This document shows positions 16,309 through 22,691 of a stretch of DNA of 37,197 nucleotides, piece by piece; the stretch's first letter is position 1, and each line of letters begins with the position of its first letter. The DNA comes from an uncultured Candidatus Saccharibacteria bacterium (GTDB taxonomy: Bacteria > Patescibacteriota > Minisyncoccia > Phycocordibacterales > UBA918). The notes beneath the pieces were generated by a model. The model had not been told where the DNA came from. It searched no databases and saw only the letters and a program-made list of their open reading frames with translations. Made by a program: the position numbers and the translations under genes. The stretch is from positions 1 through 37,197 of the forward strand of contig CAYSNO010000003.1 of the NCBI GenBank assembly GCA_964432455.1, given 5' to 3'.

Positions 16309-16485
16309 ATGGCGGACGACGCAACACAACAAAAAGACGAACCCCGACTTTCCACCCCAGTAGCCGACCCTCGCGATGCGGCTGTCGGTTACCGAATGGG
16401 ATGCTCGACCTGGGGTGGAGTGCTTGCACCGGGGGCAGAATTCCCCCAACGCAGGCCGGGCTCCGATCCCCGGTATGATCTCTGA
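16309..16485 (+). CDS. micro-ORF (58 aa; below the track cutoff), hypothetical
   Basis: GAGG SD (16298-16301) lies 7 nt before the ATG. Translation: MADDATQQKDEPRLSTPVADPRDAAVGYRMGCSTWGGVLAPGAEFPQRRPGSDPRYDL*. Terminator hairpins follow. Confidence 0.45.
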   Translation: MADDATQQKDEPRLSTPVADPRDAAVGYRMGCSTWGGVLAPGAEFPQRRPGSDPRYDL

Positions 16486-16510
16486 GGCACGAGCAAGTGC
16501 CGAACTTCAG

Positions 16511-16538
16511 GCGCGCCCCCGTGGCGCGCTTTCCTTTT
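16511..16538 (+). terminator. rho-independent terminator
   Basis: gcgcgcc-cccgt-ggcgcgc followed by tttcctttt. Confidence 0.8.
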
Positions 16539-16591
16539 ATATAAAATGCCAGACCAATGTTCTGCACCAGTCTGACCAGCAATTGAACACG

Positions 16592-16619
16592 TTGCAAATA
16601 CACACTTCTATGGTATATT
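16592..16619 (+). promoter_or_regulatory. promoter TTGCAA-16-(TGg)TATATT upstream of infC
   Basis: gTTGCAAatacacacttctaTGGTATATTtgcg. Confidence 0.65.
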
Positions 16620-16686
16620 TGCGCTACGAATTGGTAGTCACTCCACTCCTACCCTGAAGTTTGTTTATCTAGTAAGCCCACACAAT

Positions 16687-17352
16687 TTGCAAAACCAATC
16701 AAAGGACGCGTACACCCCAAAAGTAAAGACTCGTATTAATCAGGCTATCAAAGCCAAAGAGTTACGCGTGGTTGGTCCAGAAGGTGAAAACTTTGGTATT
16801 CTTTCGCTCGCCGATGCGCTCGCGAAAGCGGATGAGCTCAACCTCGACCTCATCGAGATCAGTCCAAATGCGAAGCCTCCAGTGGCCAAAATCATCGATT
16901 ACGGTAAGTATCGCTACGACACCGGTCAAAAAGAAAGTGAGATGCGTGCCAAGTCACATGTCACCGAGACAAAAAGTGTCCAGGTGAAAATCGGCACCGG
17001 AGAAAACGACCAGCTCCTTAAGGCGAGTCGGGTCGCGGAGTGGCTTGAAGAAGGCCACCGCGTGAAGGTCGACCTCTTCCTCTGGGGCCGCTACAAGTTC
17101 ATGGAACCAGCTTTCCTCAAGGAGCGTCTTGATCGCTTCCTCAAAATCATCCCGACCGAATACAAAATTGCGGACGAGATGAAAAAGAGTCCGAAGGGCT
17201 ATACCACCACCCTCGAGCGCATGCCGGGTACCAAGGTCCAAAAGCTCAAGGATGCAGCAAAGCCAGTCATCGAAGAGAAAAAAGCCCCTGCCGCCCCCCA
17301 AAAGAATAAGAAAAAGGATCTCGATTCACTCCTCGAAAGTGGCCTTATCTAG
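16687..17352 (+). CDS. infC: translation initiation factor IF-3 with a Lys-rich C-terminal extension
   Basis: RINQAIKAKELRVVGPEGENFGILSLADALAKADELNLDLIEISPNAKPPVAKIIDYGKYRY. The start is non-ATG (TTG 16687) and its exact position is uncertain. Confidence 0.92.
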   Translation: MQNQSKDAYTPKVKTRINQAIKAKELRVVGPEGENFGILSLADALAKADELNLDLIEISPNAKPPVAKIIDYGKYRYDTGQKESEMRAKSHVTETKSVQVKIGTGENDQLLKASRVAEWLEEGHRVKVDLFLWGRYKFMEPAFLKERLDRFLKIIPTEYKIADEMKKSPKGYTTTLERMPGTKVQKLKDAAKPVIEEKKAPAAPQKNKKKDLDSLLESGLI

Positions 17353-17359
17353 CCTTTCT

Positions 17360-17590
17360 ATGACCGAAAGTACCAAGAACTTCGGCGCTATAGCAATTTC
17401 AACCCTGATATTTATATTGGGTATTGCTTCAATATACAGCTTTATTATGGTGGTTGATTCCTTTTTTGCATTGGATTGGCTGGTTCTTTCCCTCGTTTTG
17501 ACCGGTATTTTTGCTATTTCGCTCCATTTTGGACAGAAATCAGAACGCATCAAAGCCGCCCTTGAATATCCCTTTACGTTTTTTGGGTAG
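17360..17590 (+). CDS. small two-TM membrane protein (76 aa) between infC and rpmI
   Basis: ATG lies 7 nt after the infC stop. Two hydrophobic helices (AIAISTLIFILGIASIYSFIMVV, LVLSLVLTGIFAISL). No family recognised. Confidence 0.5.
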   Translation: MTESTKNFGAIAISTLIFILGIASIYSFIMVVDSFFALDWLVLSLVLTGIFAISLHFGQKSERIKAALEYPFTFFG

Positions 17591-17605
17591 AGACACCAAA
17601 AACGC

Positions 17606-17634
17606 TTGATTATTTAAGGAAAATACGGTATATT
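17606..17634 (+). promoter_or_regulatory. promoter TTGATT-17-TATATT upstream of rpmI-rplT, followed by a leader of about 128 nt
   Basis: cTTGATTatttaaggaaaatacggTATATTtc. It shares the GGTATATTT -10 context with the infC promoter. Confidence 0.55.
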
Positions 17635-17768
17635 TCTGCCACCTTGCCAGATCCCCTTTTGGCAACCCGATCAATACTGTTGAGGTTTGTGATTATCAAA
17701 ACGCTTCAAATTTCCGTTTTGTAAGCACAGGCCCAACCAACTTTACTTACCCATCTAACTGCACTGGT

Positions 17769-17996
17769 ATGAAAACCAACAAATCTTTCACCAAGCGCGT
17801 CAAAGTCACCAAAAATGGAAAGGTGGTGGCTCGCAAAATTGGTCAAAACCACTTCAACGCTCGCCAGACTGGTCAGCAGCGCCTTCGCCGCAAGCGAACT
17901 CAGCTCTTGAACTTCAGTAAGCGTTTGAGTCGCCGCTTCCTTCCAGGGATGGGTGCCAAGCCATTAGCAGAAACTAACGGCACTGCCGCTAAATAA
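17769..17996 (+). CDS. rpmI: 50S ribosomal protein L35
   Basis: MKTNKSFTKRVKVTKNGKVVARK.GQNH. Confidence 0.93.
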   Translation: MKTNKSFTKRVKVTKNGKVVARKIGQNHFNARQTGQQRLRRKRTQLLNFSKRLSRRFLPGMGAKPLAETNGTAAK

Positions 17997-18005
17997 TACC
18001 TTCAT

Positions 18006-18353
18006 ATGTCACGTGTAAAGGGAGGCCTTATGGCCCAAAAGCGTCGCCGCAACATCCTCGCTGAAGTAAAGGGTTACCGCCTCCAGCGTTCAAAGAAGAA
18101 GCGCGTCGCTAAAGAAGCAATCTACCACGCACAGCTCCACGCTTTTGCACACCGCAAAGACAAGAAGAACGACTTCCGTCGTCTCTGGACTGTTCGCATC
18201 AACGCTGCACTACAAGCACTTGGTTTCAAGTACAGTTTGTTCATCCATACTTTGGATACCAAGGGGATCAAGCTCGACCGTAAGGTCCTCGCGACCCTCG
18301 CTAAAGATCGCCCAGAAGCGTTCAAGCGAGTAGTCGAAGTAGCTACCAAATAG
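18006..18353 (+). CDS. rplT: 50S ribosomal protein L20
   Basis: MSRVKGG..A.KRRRNIL...KGY...RSK..R.AKEA; FRRLW..RINAA. Confidence 0.96.
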   Translation: MSRVKGGLMAQKRRRNILAEVKGYRLQRSKKKRVAKEAIYHAQLHAFAHRKDKKNDFRRLWTVRINAALQALGFKYSLFIHTLDTKGIKLDRKVLATLAKDRPEAFKRVVEVATK

Positions 18354-18356
18354 CTC

Positions 18357-18800
18357 CTACTCCATAACAAAAGACCGTCGCCAATAGGCGCCGGTCTTTT
18401 GTCTGTGTAGCTTAACGATACCAAGGTAGACGAGATACATCCCACCGAGAATGAGTGGCCAGAGGGTCAGCTGCATCCCGAGGACACGAGCCTTGCCTGG
18501 GGTCGCTGGCGAGTAGAGACCATACGCATGGAGGCAACGACCAAGGATAACTGAGAGCGAGAACGCACCGAGAGCAAGAGCAGGTGCCCCGGAAGTTTCA
18601 AGCAGGAATAGTATAAACATCAGAAACGGCACATACTCAGCAAAGTTGCCGTGGGTACGAATACGGCGAAGCATAGTGTCGTTGCCACCATCGCCGAGGT
18701 TGGTCTTGGTGTCACGACGTGCATTGATCGTCCGCAAACTGTGGACGAAGAAGATAAGGGCGAGAACACCAGTTGTCACTAATGTAAACGGTATTTCCAT
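18357..18800 (-). CDS. MAPEG-family membrane protein
   Basis: SLRTINARRDTKTNLGDGGNDTMLRRIRTHGNFAEYVPFLMFILFLLE matches the MAPEG pattern (R....N..E). Confidence 0.8.
   Translation of the reverse strand: MEIPFTLVTTGVLALIFFVHSLRTINARRDTKTNLGDGGNDTMLRRIRTHGNFAEYVPFLMFILFLLETSGAPALALGAFSLSVILGRCLHAYGLYSPATPGKARVLGMQLTLWPLILGGMYLVYLGIVKLHRQKTGAYWRRSFVME
18369..18403 (+). terminator. rplT terminator hairpin, lying inside the 3' end of the convergent MAPEG ORF
   Basis: aaaagaccg(t)cgcc-aata-ggcg(c)cggtctttt followed by gtctgtg. Confidence 0.7.
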
Positions 18801-18810
18801 AAAATTTTAA

Positions 18811-20181
18811 TTAGAAGAGAATCTCGATTTCTTCGTTGGCATTTGGGGCTTTCGCATTTACTCCAAGGTAGTCGCGCAGGCGCTGGGTAAGGAAGAGGGA
18901 TGATCGTTCCTCCCCCATCACCACGTAGATGCCTTTGATATCTTCGGCCTTTTCTGCCCCTTGAGCCACGAGATTAATAAGCTGGTCGCGATCAGCGTGG
19001 CCGGAGAAGCCAGCGATACGAGCAATACTCGCCCGCACCTTCACTGACTTGCCATCGATAGTCACCTTCTTCGCACCATCTTGGAGAATACGACCAAGGC
19101 TCCCGGCGGCCTGGTAGCCGACGAGGAGTACGGTGGTCTTCGTGTCATCAAGGTAGTTTTGCTCGTGGCGCTGGATGCGACCACCGTGACTCATGCCTGA
19201 TCCCGCAATGATAATCTTCGCACCTTTTTCTTCATCAATCTCATGTGATTCTTTGACTGTCCGCGTAAACGAAAGGCCCGAGAAATCAAAGATATCATCT
19301 CCTCCCTTGATTTGGGCCTGGATCTCAGGCGAGAGATACTCACGGTAGCGACGATAGATATCCGTCACACTGATAGCGAGCGGTGAATCAAGGAAGACTG
19401 GCAGTGGTTTCATCGCACCACTTTCGACGAGGTTATTAATCTCAAGGAGCATCCCTTGGGTACGTTCAAGGGAGAAGGCCGGGATGATGAGTGTGCCACC
19501 CTTCTGTCTCGTTTCTTCAATATAGTGCTGCAACAGTGCGGTACGCTCTTTGACTTGCTCGTGGAGTCGATCACCATAGACACTCTCCATGACGAGGTAA
19601 TCATAGCCGGTCGGAGGGACTGGCGGGGCCAACAGTGGCTGCGGTACATTACCGATATCCCCAGTAAAGACAATCTTTTGACCACCACGTTCAAGATGCA
19701 CCATACCCGAGCCAAGGATGTGGCCTGCGTCCGTATAATGGGCAGTGACATCGTCTGGAAGACTAAAGCGTTCGTCGTACCCAACGGTCTTCCAGAGAGA
19801 CAGGGCATGGTCGATATCACCTACTTCGTAGAGGACCTCGTAGCCGTAGCGTTCGTGCTCGTACTCCATGACCTTAAGGGCGTCGCGTAACATGATGTTT
19901 GCGAGGTCTTTGGTCGGATGAGTCGAGTAAATAGTACCAGCAAAACCGTCTTTCACGAGCTTCGGGATACGACCAATATGGTCGGCATGCGCGTGGGTCA
20001 CGAGAAGGACGTCTACGTCAGCGGGGTTGTAGACAAACGGCACCGCATTTTGCTCCGCGGCAAAACGATCGCCCTGCACAAGCCCACAGTCGACAAGGAA
20101 TGCCGCATTACCCGTATCAAGCATAAAGTTCGCCCCTGTGACACTCCCTACTCCACCATAAAATCCTAACGTGCTTTTCAT
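18811..20181 (-). CDS. MBL-fold beta-CASP family ribonuclease/hydrolase
   Basis: LVTHAHADHIGRIP (HxHxDH) plus a beta-CASP-type C-terminal half. Start set at MKSTLGFYGG (20181); the track start at 20208 would overlap the upstream gene. Confidence 0.88.
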   Translation of the reverse strand: MKSTLGFYGGVGSVTGANFMLDTGNAAFLVDCGLVQGDRFAAEQNAVPFVYNPADVDVLLVTHAHADHIGRIPKLVKDGFAGTIYSTHPTKDLANIMLRDALKVMEYEHERYGYEVLYEVGDIDHALSLWKTVGYDERFSLPDDVTAHYTDAGHILGSGMVHLERGGQKIVFTGDIGNVPQPLLAPPVPPTGYDYLVMESVYGDRLHEQVKERTALLQHYIEETRQKGGTLIIPAFSLERTQGMLLEINNLVESGAMKPLPVFLDSPLAISVTDIYRRYREYLSPEIQAQIKGGDDIFDFSGLSFTRTVKESHEIDEEKGAKIIIAGSGMSHGGRIQRHEQNYLDDTKTTVLLVGYQAAGSLGRILQDGAKKVTIDGKSVKVRASIARIAGFSGHADRDQLINLVAQGAEKAEDIKGIYVVMGEERSSLFLTQRLRDYLGVNAKAPNANEEIEILF

Positions 20182-20194
20182 GTAAATATTCTTA

Positions 20195-20596
20195 TTAACG
20201 ATGCTCATCCTTCGGGCGTGTCAGTCGCATAAACTCGGTCATTGTGCGCACGAGCATGTAACCGGTCACAATACCGGTAATACCACAAACGAGGTCACCC
20301 AAGGTATCTGGCCAAAAATCGGGCTTCAGTCCCCCATAGCGTAAGATACCAAAGACTTCCCAGCCAATGAGCGCGGCACTAAAGCCTATGGCTGAAACGT
20401 ATGGCGGCAGTCGCTTCAAAGCGGGTGACATCTGACGGAGACTCGCGAACATAAACATGAGTACGATACCGCCGAGGATATGCATCGGCATATCAAGCCA
20501 TTCGTAGTGCCAGTAGAGCGATAGGGCTTCAGCGAGGGTGTGTAAAACGGCAAAGGTGACGCCGAAGATAATCGTAACTGCGTAGATCATTATCAA
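20195..20596 (-). CDS. 4-TM membrane protein, family not recognised
   Basis: 133-aa hydrophobic ORF, with TATAGT 5 nt upstream of the ATG. Confidence 0.65.
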   Translation of the reverse strand: MIMIYAVTIIFGVTFAVLHTLAEALSLYWHYEWLDMPMHILGGIVLMFMFASLRQMSPALKRLPPYVSAIGFSAALIGWEVFGILRYGGLKPDFWPDTLGDLVCGITGIVTGYMLVRTMTEFMRLTRPKDEHR

Positions 20597-20639
20597 CTAT
20601 AGTAGCATAACGCAACGAGAGTAATAAAATTCAACAACA

Positions 20640-20818
20640 AAAAAGGCCTTCTCGTGGAAGGTCTTTTTTGTGGGAACGACAGACGCATGCTCCTAGACTA
20701 AGTCCAGGTGGGCACCCTTTCCGATTCGTGTCTGAAATTTCTTGCGAATTCTCATTACTCCTCGCGACTACAGGCAGCCCTGCGTGTTAATTAACCGGAA
20801 CATACGTGATGTCGTTCC
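20640..20818 (-). ncRNA. candidate structured ncRNA (about 180 nt) of unknown class
   Basis: Bounded by its own TGGTATACT promoter and a hairpin+T6 terminator (20645-20669). The 5' GGAACGACA..ACGUAUG pairs with the 3' CAUGCGU.UGUCGUUCC (9+7 bp closing helix). No credible ORF. Confidence 0.5.
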
Positions 20819-20824
20819 TAGTAC

Positions 20825-20833
20825 AGTATACCA
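20825..20833 (-). promoter_or_regulatory. extended -10 promoter TGGTATACT for the candidate ncRNA
   Basis: The minus strand reads ctttTTGGTATACTgtactagGAACGAC, directly after the ndk terminator. Confidence 0.55.
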
Positions 20834-20837
20834 AAAA

Positions 20838-20872
20838 GTTGTCGACCCCCAAAGGGGTCGGCAACTTTTTTT
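20838..20872. terminator. bidirectional terminator downstream of ndk
   Basis: gttgtcgacccc-caaa-ggggtcggcaac (12-bp stem with one G.U pair) flanked by A5 and T7. Confidence 0.8.
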
Positions 20873-20900
20873 ATGTGAGCAACAAATTCGTTCTTAAAAA

Positions 20901-21503
20901 CTATTCGTTCTTACCATCCATATCGATGTCGTACATGATGCGTTCCTGTGCAGTGATGTACTTCATGATATCACTTTCAGTAAACCAAAGTGCGATTTCA
21001 CGTTCAGCTTCTTCAGGTGATTCTGAACAGTGAATGAGGTTGCGAACGGCACGATTTTCGTATGATGAGTGACTATATGAGTCCACAGTGAAGTCACCAC
21101 GAATTGTTCCTACGTCTGATGTCTTTGGTTCAGTGGTGCCCACGAGCTTTGTCACCACAGCAACAGCTTCATTACCTTCCCACACCATCGCAACGACTGG
21201 AGCAGCTTCCATGTAGTGCACAATGGTACGAATGATATCCTTACCATATTCAAGTGCCTCCTTTTCCACTGGGCGACCCTGACTTTGCAAGTCTTCAATA
21301 ATACGTGTCCCTTTCTTGAGGAACCAGGCATCATCTTTGTTGTAGTGTGCGAGCAAACGAGCTTCGTCAGCCATAAACATCTTCATGGCGGTGCACTTGA
21401 GGCCTGTGCGTTCAAAGCGCTTGATAACCTCGCCAATGAGTGAGCGCTGGACAGTGTCGGGCTTTAAAATAACAAAGGTGCGTTCTTGGTGTGGGTGCTT
21501 CAT
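20901..21503 (-). CDS. ndk: nucleoside diphosphate kinase, long form (200 aa)
   Basis: ERTFVILKPD.VQR.LIGEVI.RFE..GL ... NLIHCSES. Carries an internal insertion and a C-terminal extension relative to Ndk proteins of about 140 aa. Confidence 0.9.
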   Translation of the reverse strand: MKHPHQERTFVILKPDTVQRSLIGEVIKRFERTGLKCTAMKMFMADEARLLAHYNKDDAWFLKKGTRIIEDLQSQGRPVEKEALEYGKDIIRTIVHYMEAAPVVAMVWEGNEAVAVVTKLVGTTEPKTSDVGTIRGDFTVDSYSHSSYENRAVRNLIHCSESPEEAEREIALWFTESDIMKYITAQERIMYDIDMDGKNE

Positions 21504-21533
21504 GGTAAAAATAAGTTACAAAATAACGCCAGA

Positions 21534-21542
21534 ACTATACCA
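21534..21542 (-). promoter_or_regulatory. extended -10 promoter TGGTATAGT upstream of ndk (leader of about 31 nt, no SD)
   Basis: The minus strand reads acaaTGGTATAGTtctggcg. Confidence 0.5.
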
Positions 21543-21553
21543 TTGTACGGCAT

Positions 21554-21679
21554 AAAAGAAAAGACCTCCGAGGCGCGAGCAGACGCGCCTCGGAGGCAAG
21601 CAGCAGCCCTTGCGGGCTGGCGTGTGCGATCGCAGGGCAGCGACCGCGGGCAGTGTCTATCACCGAAGTGACGGACGCT
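21554..21679 (-). ncRNA. candidate GC-rich structured sRNA (about 125 nt)
   Basis: Has its own TGGTATACT promoter. Hairpins: GUCAC-UUCG-GUGAU, GCGGUCGC-UGCCCU-GCGAUCGC, CAGCCC-GCAA-GGGCUG. Ends in a 13-bp terminator (21565-21596) plus a T-run. Confidence 0.5.
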
Positions 21680-21685
21680 ACCACT

Positions 21686-21694
21686 AGTATACCA
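21686..21694 (-). promoter_or_regulatory. extended -10 promoter TGGTATACT
   Basis: The minus strand reads aaattgTGGTATACTagtgg. The 14-mer TGGTATACTAGTGG is identical to 36921-36934. Confidence 0.55.
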
Positions 21695-21702
21695 CAATTT
21701 AT

Positions 21703-21798
21703 AAAAGAAAAAAGGCCGAGCTCCAGGGGGATGAAGCTCGGCCAGGTCCAACAGGGAGGATGCCGCGCCATAACCCCGACACGACGAGGGGAATCACT
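21703..21798 (-). ncRNA. candidate sRNA (about 95 nt)
   Basis: Lies between the TTGACA-17-TACACT promoter and a 9-bp hairpin (21714-21743) plus T-run. Contains a CCCC-UCGUCGUGUC-GGGG hairpin. No stop codon occurs before the terminator. Confidence 0.45.
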
Positions 21799-21804
21799 AC
21801 ATTC

Positions 21805-21833
21805 AGTGTATGCCTCACCACACAAGCTGTCAA
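21805..21833 (-). promoter_or_regulatory. sigma70-type promoter TTGACA-17-TACACT
   Basis: The minus strand reads ttTTGACAgcttgtgtggtgaggcaTACACTgaatg. Confidence 0.6.
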
Positions 21834-21907
21834 AATAAATCTGGGATAAGCGTACATCCCCCAATCGATTAGGGTATTGTCAACGGACAGCTCCTAAAAT
21901 GAGACAC

Positions 21908-21954
21908 AAGAAAAGGCCGCCGAAAGTAAGGTGGTGACCTTTCCCTCGGCGGCC
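21908..21954 (-). terminator. long imperfect hairpin plus T-run downstream of the 205-aa gene
   Basis: The minus strand reads ggccgccga..(aaggt-cacc-acctt)..tcggcggcc followed by ttttcttgtg. Confidence 0.55.
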
Positions 21955-22073
21955 CGGTTTGGTGCCGCCAGCGCTTACGCGCGACGTCGAGCGGATGCAT
22001 CTGCATAGCTCGTCCTCCTTCTTTGTTCAAGTTGCCTTCCCCGCGCCGGTTCATTCCGCCGCGGGGTCTCTCA

Positions 22074-22691
22074 TCAGTAGTCGTAGTCGCCGTAGTCCGG
22101 CAGCTCGCTGTTAGCGCGAATCTCGTCCTCAAGCGCCTGTTGGGAACCTTCGTAGTCGTCCCAGTAGTCAGCTTCGGACGATTCATCGTCAGTGACAGCC
22201 TGGTTCAGAGACGATTCAGAACCAAAGTCCCTACGATGATCGACCTCACGGATCAGCTCCGCGAAGACGAGCCTCGTCTTCGGAGCCATGGTAGTGGGAC
22301 GAACCCAATACCACCCACCCTCCACCAGCCATTCAAACCGACGCGGGATATTCACCACAATCTTGATGTGATCGAGGTGATCGCCCTTGTGGTAGAGACG
22401 ATACTGCCCATGCCACTGCAGTCGACCTTTCCACTGATCGCAGAAGAGACGGAGCGGCAACTGCGAGACTCGCATCTGCGCCGGCAGCTCGGTATAGAGG
22501 ACCGGCTGACGCGGCGATTCAACCGGACGAATCGTCTCGGGGTGAACCAACTTCGTCCAGCGGTCACTGTCGACAATCTTCTTCTGCCGCGGACCCTTCG
22601 GGCGACGCGGCGATTCGGCCTCCTTTGACGCCTTATTCAGGTGTGCGACGAGGTCGGTGAAAGATTTCAGTCCATTGTTGTCCGTTCCCAT
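22074..22691 (-). CDS. hypothetical protein (205 aa) with a strongly acidic, Tyr/Trp-studded C-terminal tail
   Basis: SD GAAGGAG lies 8 nt before ATG 22691. Higher G+C. The tail is DDESSEADYWDDYEGSQQALEDEIRANSELPDYGDYDY*. No family recognised. Confidence 0.7.
   Translation of the reverse strand: MGTDNNGLKSFTDLVAHLNKASKEAESPRRPKGPRQKKIVDSDRWTKLVHPETIRPVESPRQPVLYTELPAQMRVSQLPLRLFCDQWKGRLQWHGQYRLYHKGDHLDHIKIVVNIPRRFEWLVEGGWYWVRPTTMAPKTRLVFAELIREVDHRRDFGSESSLNQAVTDDESSEADYWDDYEGSQQALEDEIRANSELPDYGDYDY

Noticed and set aside
16072-16603. Minus-strand ORFs of 125 aa (16072..16449), 65 aa and 146 aa (16163..16603) from the six-frame track
   Set aside because: They have no SD or promoter and an odd Cys/Arg/Gly-rich composition typical of antisense frames in GC-rich DNA. 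They run against a well-punctuated plus-strand promoter/SD/terminator unit.
20671-20818. Assigning the 20.7-kb candidate RNA specifically to SRP (4.5S) RNA
   Set aside because: I could not find the conserved domain IV pattern (GNAR tetraloop flanked by the AGCA/GGA symmetric loop). The class is therefore left open.
21535-22186. Minus-strand ORFs of 109 aa (21535..21864) and 105 aa (21869..22186), including a 45-aa sub-ORF with an AAGGAGG SD at 22006
   Set aside because: Both frames read straight through strong terminator hairpins and promoters. The SD-led 45-aa version (MQMHPLDVARKRW...) remains possible but contains the 21915-21954 hairpin, so I did not call it.
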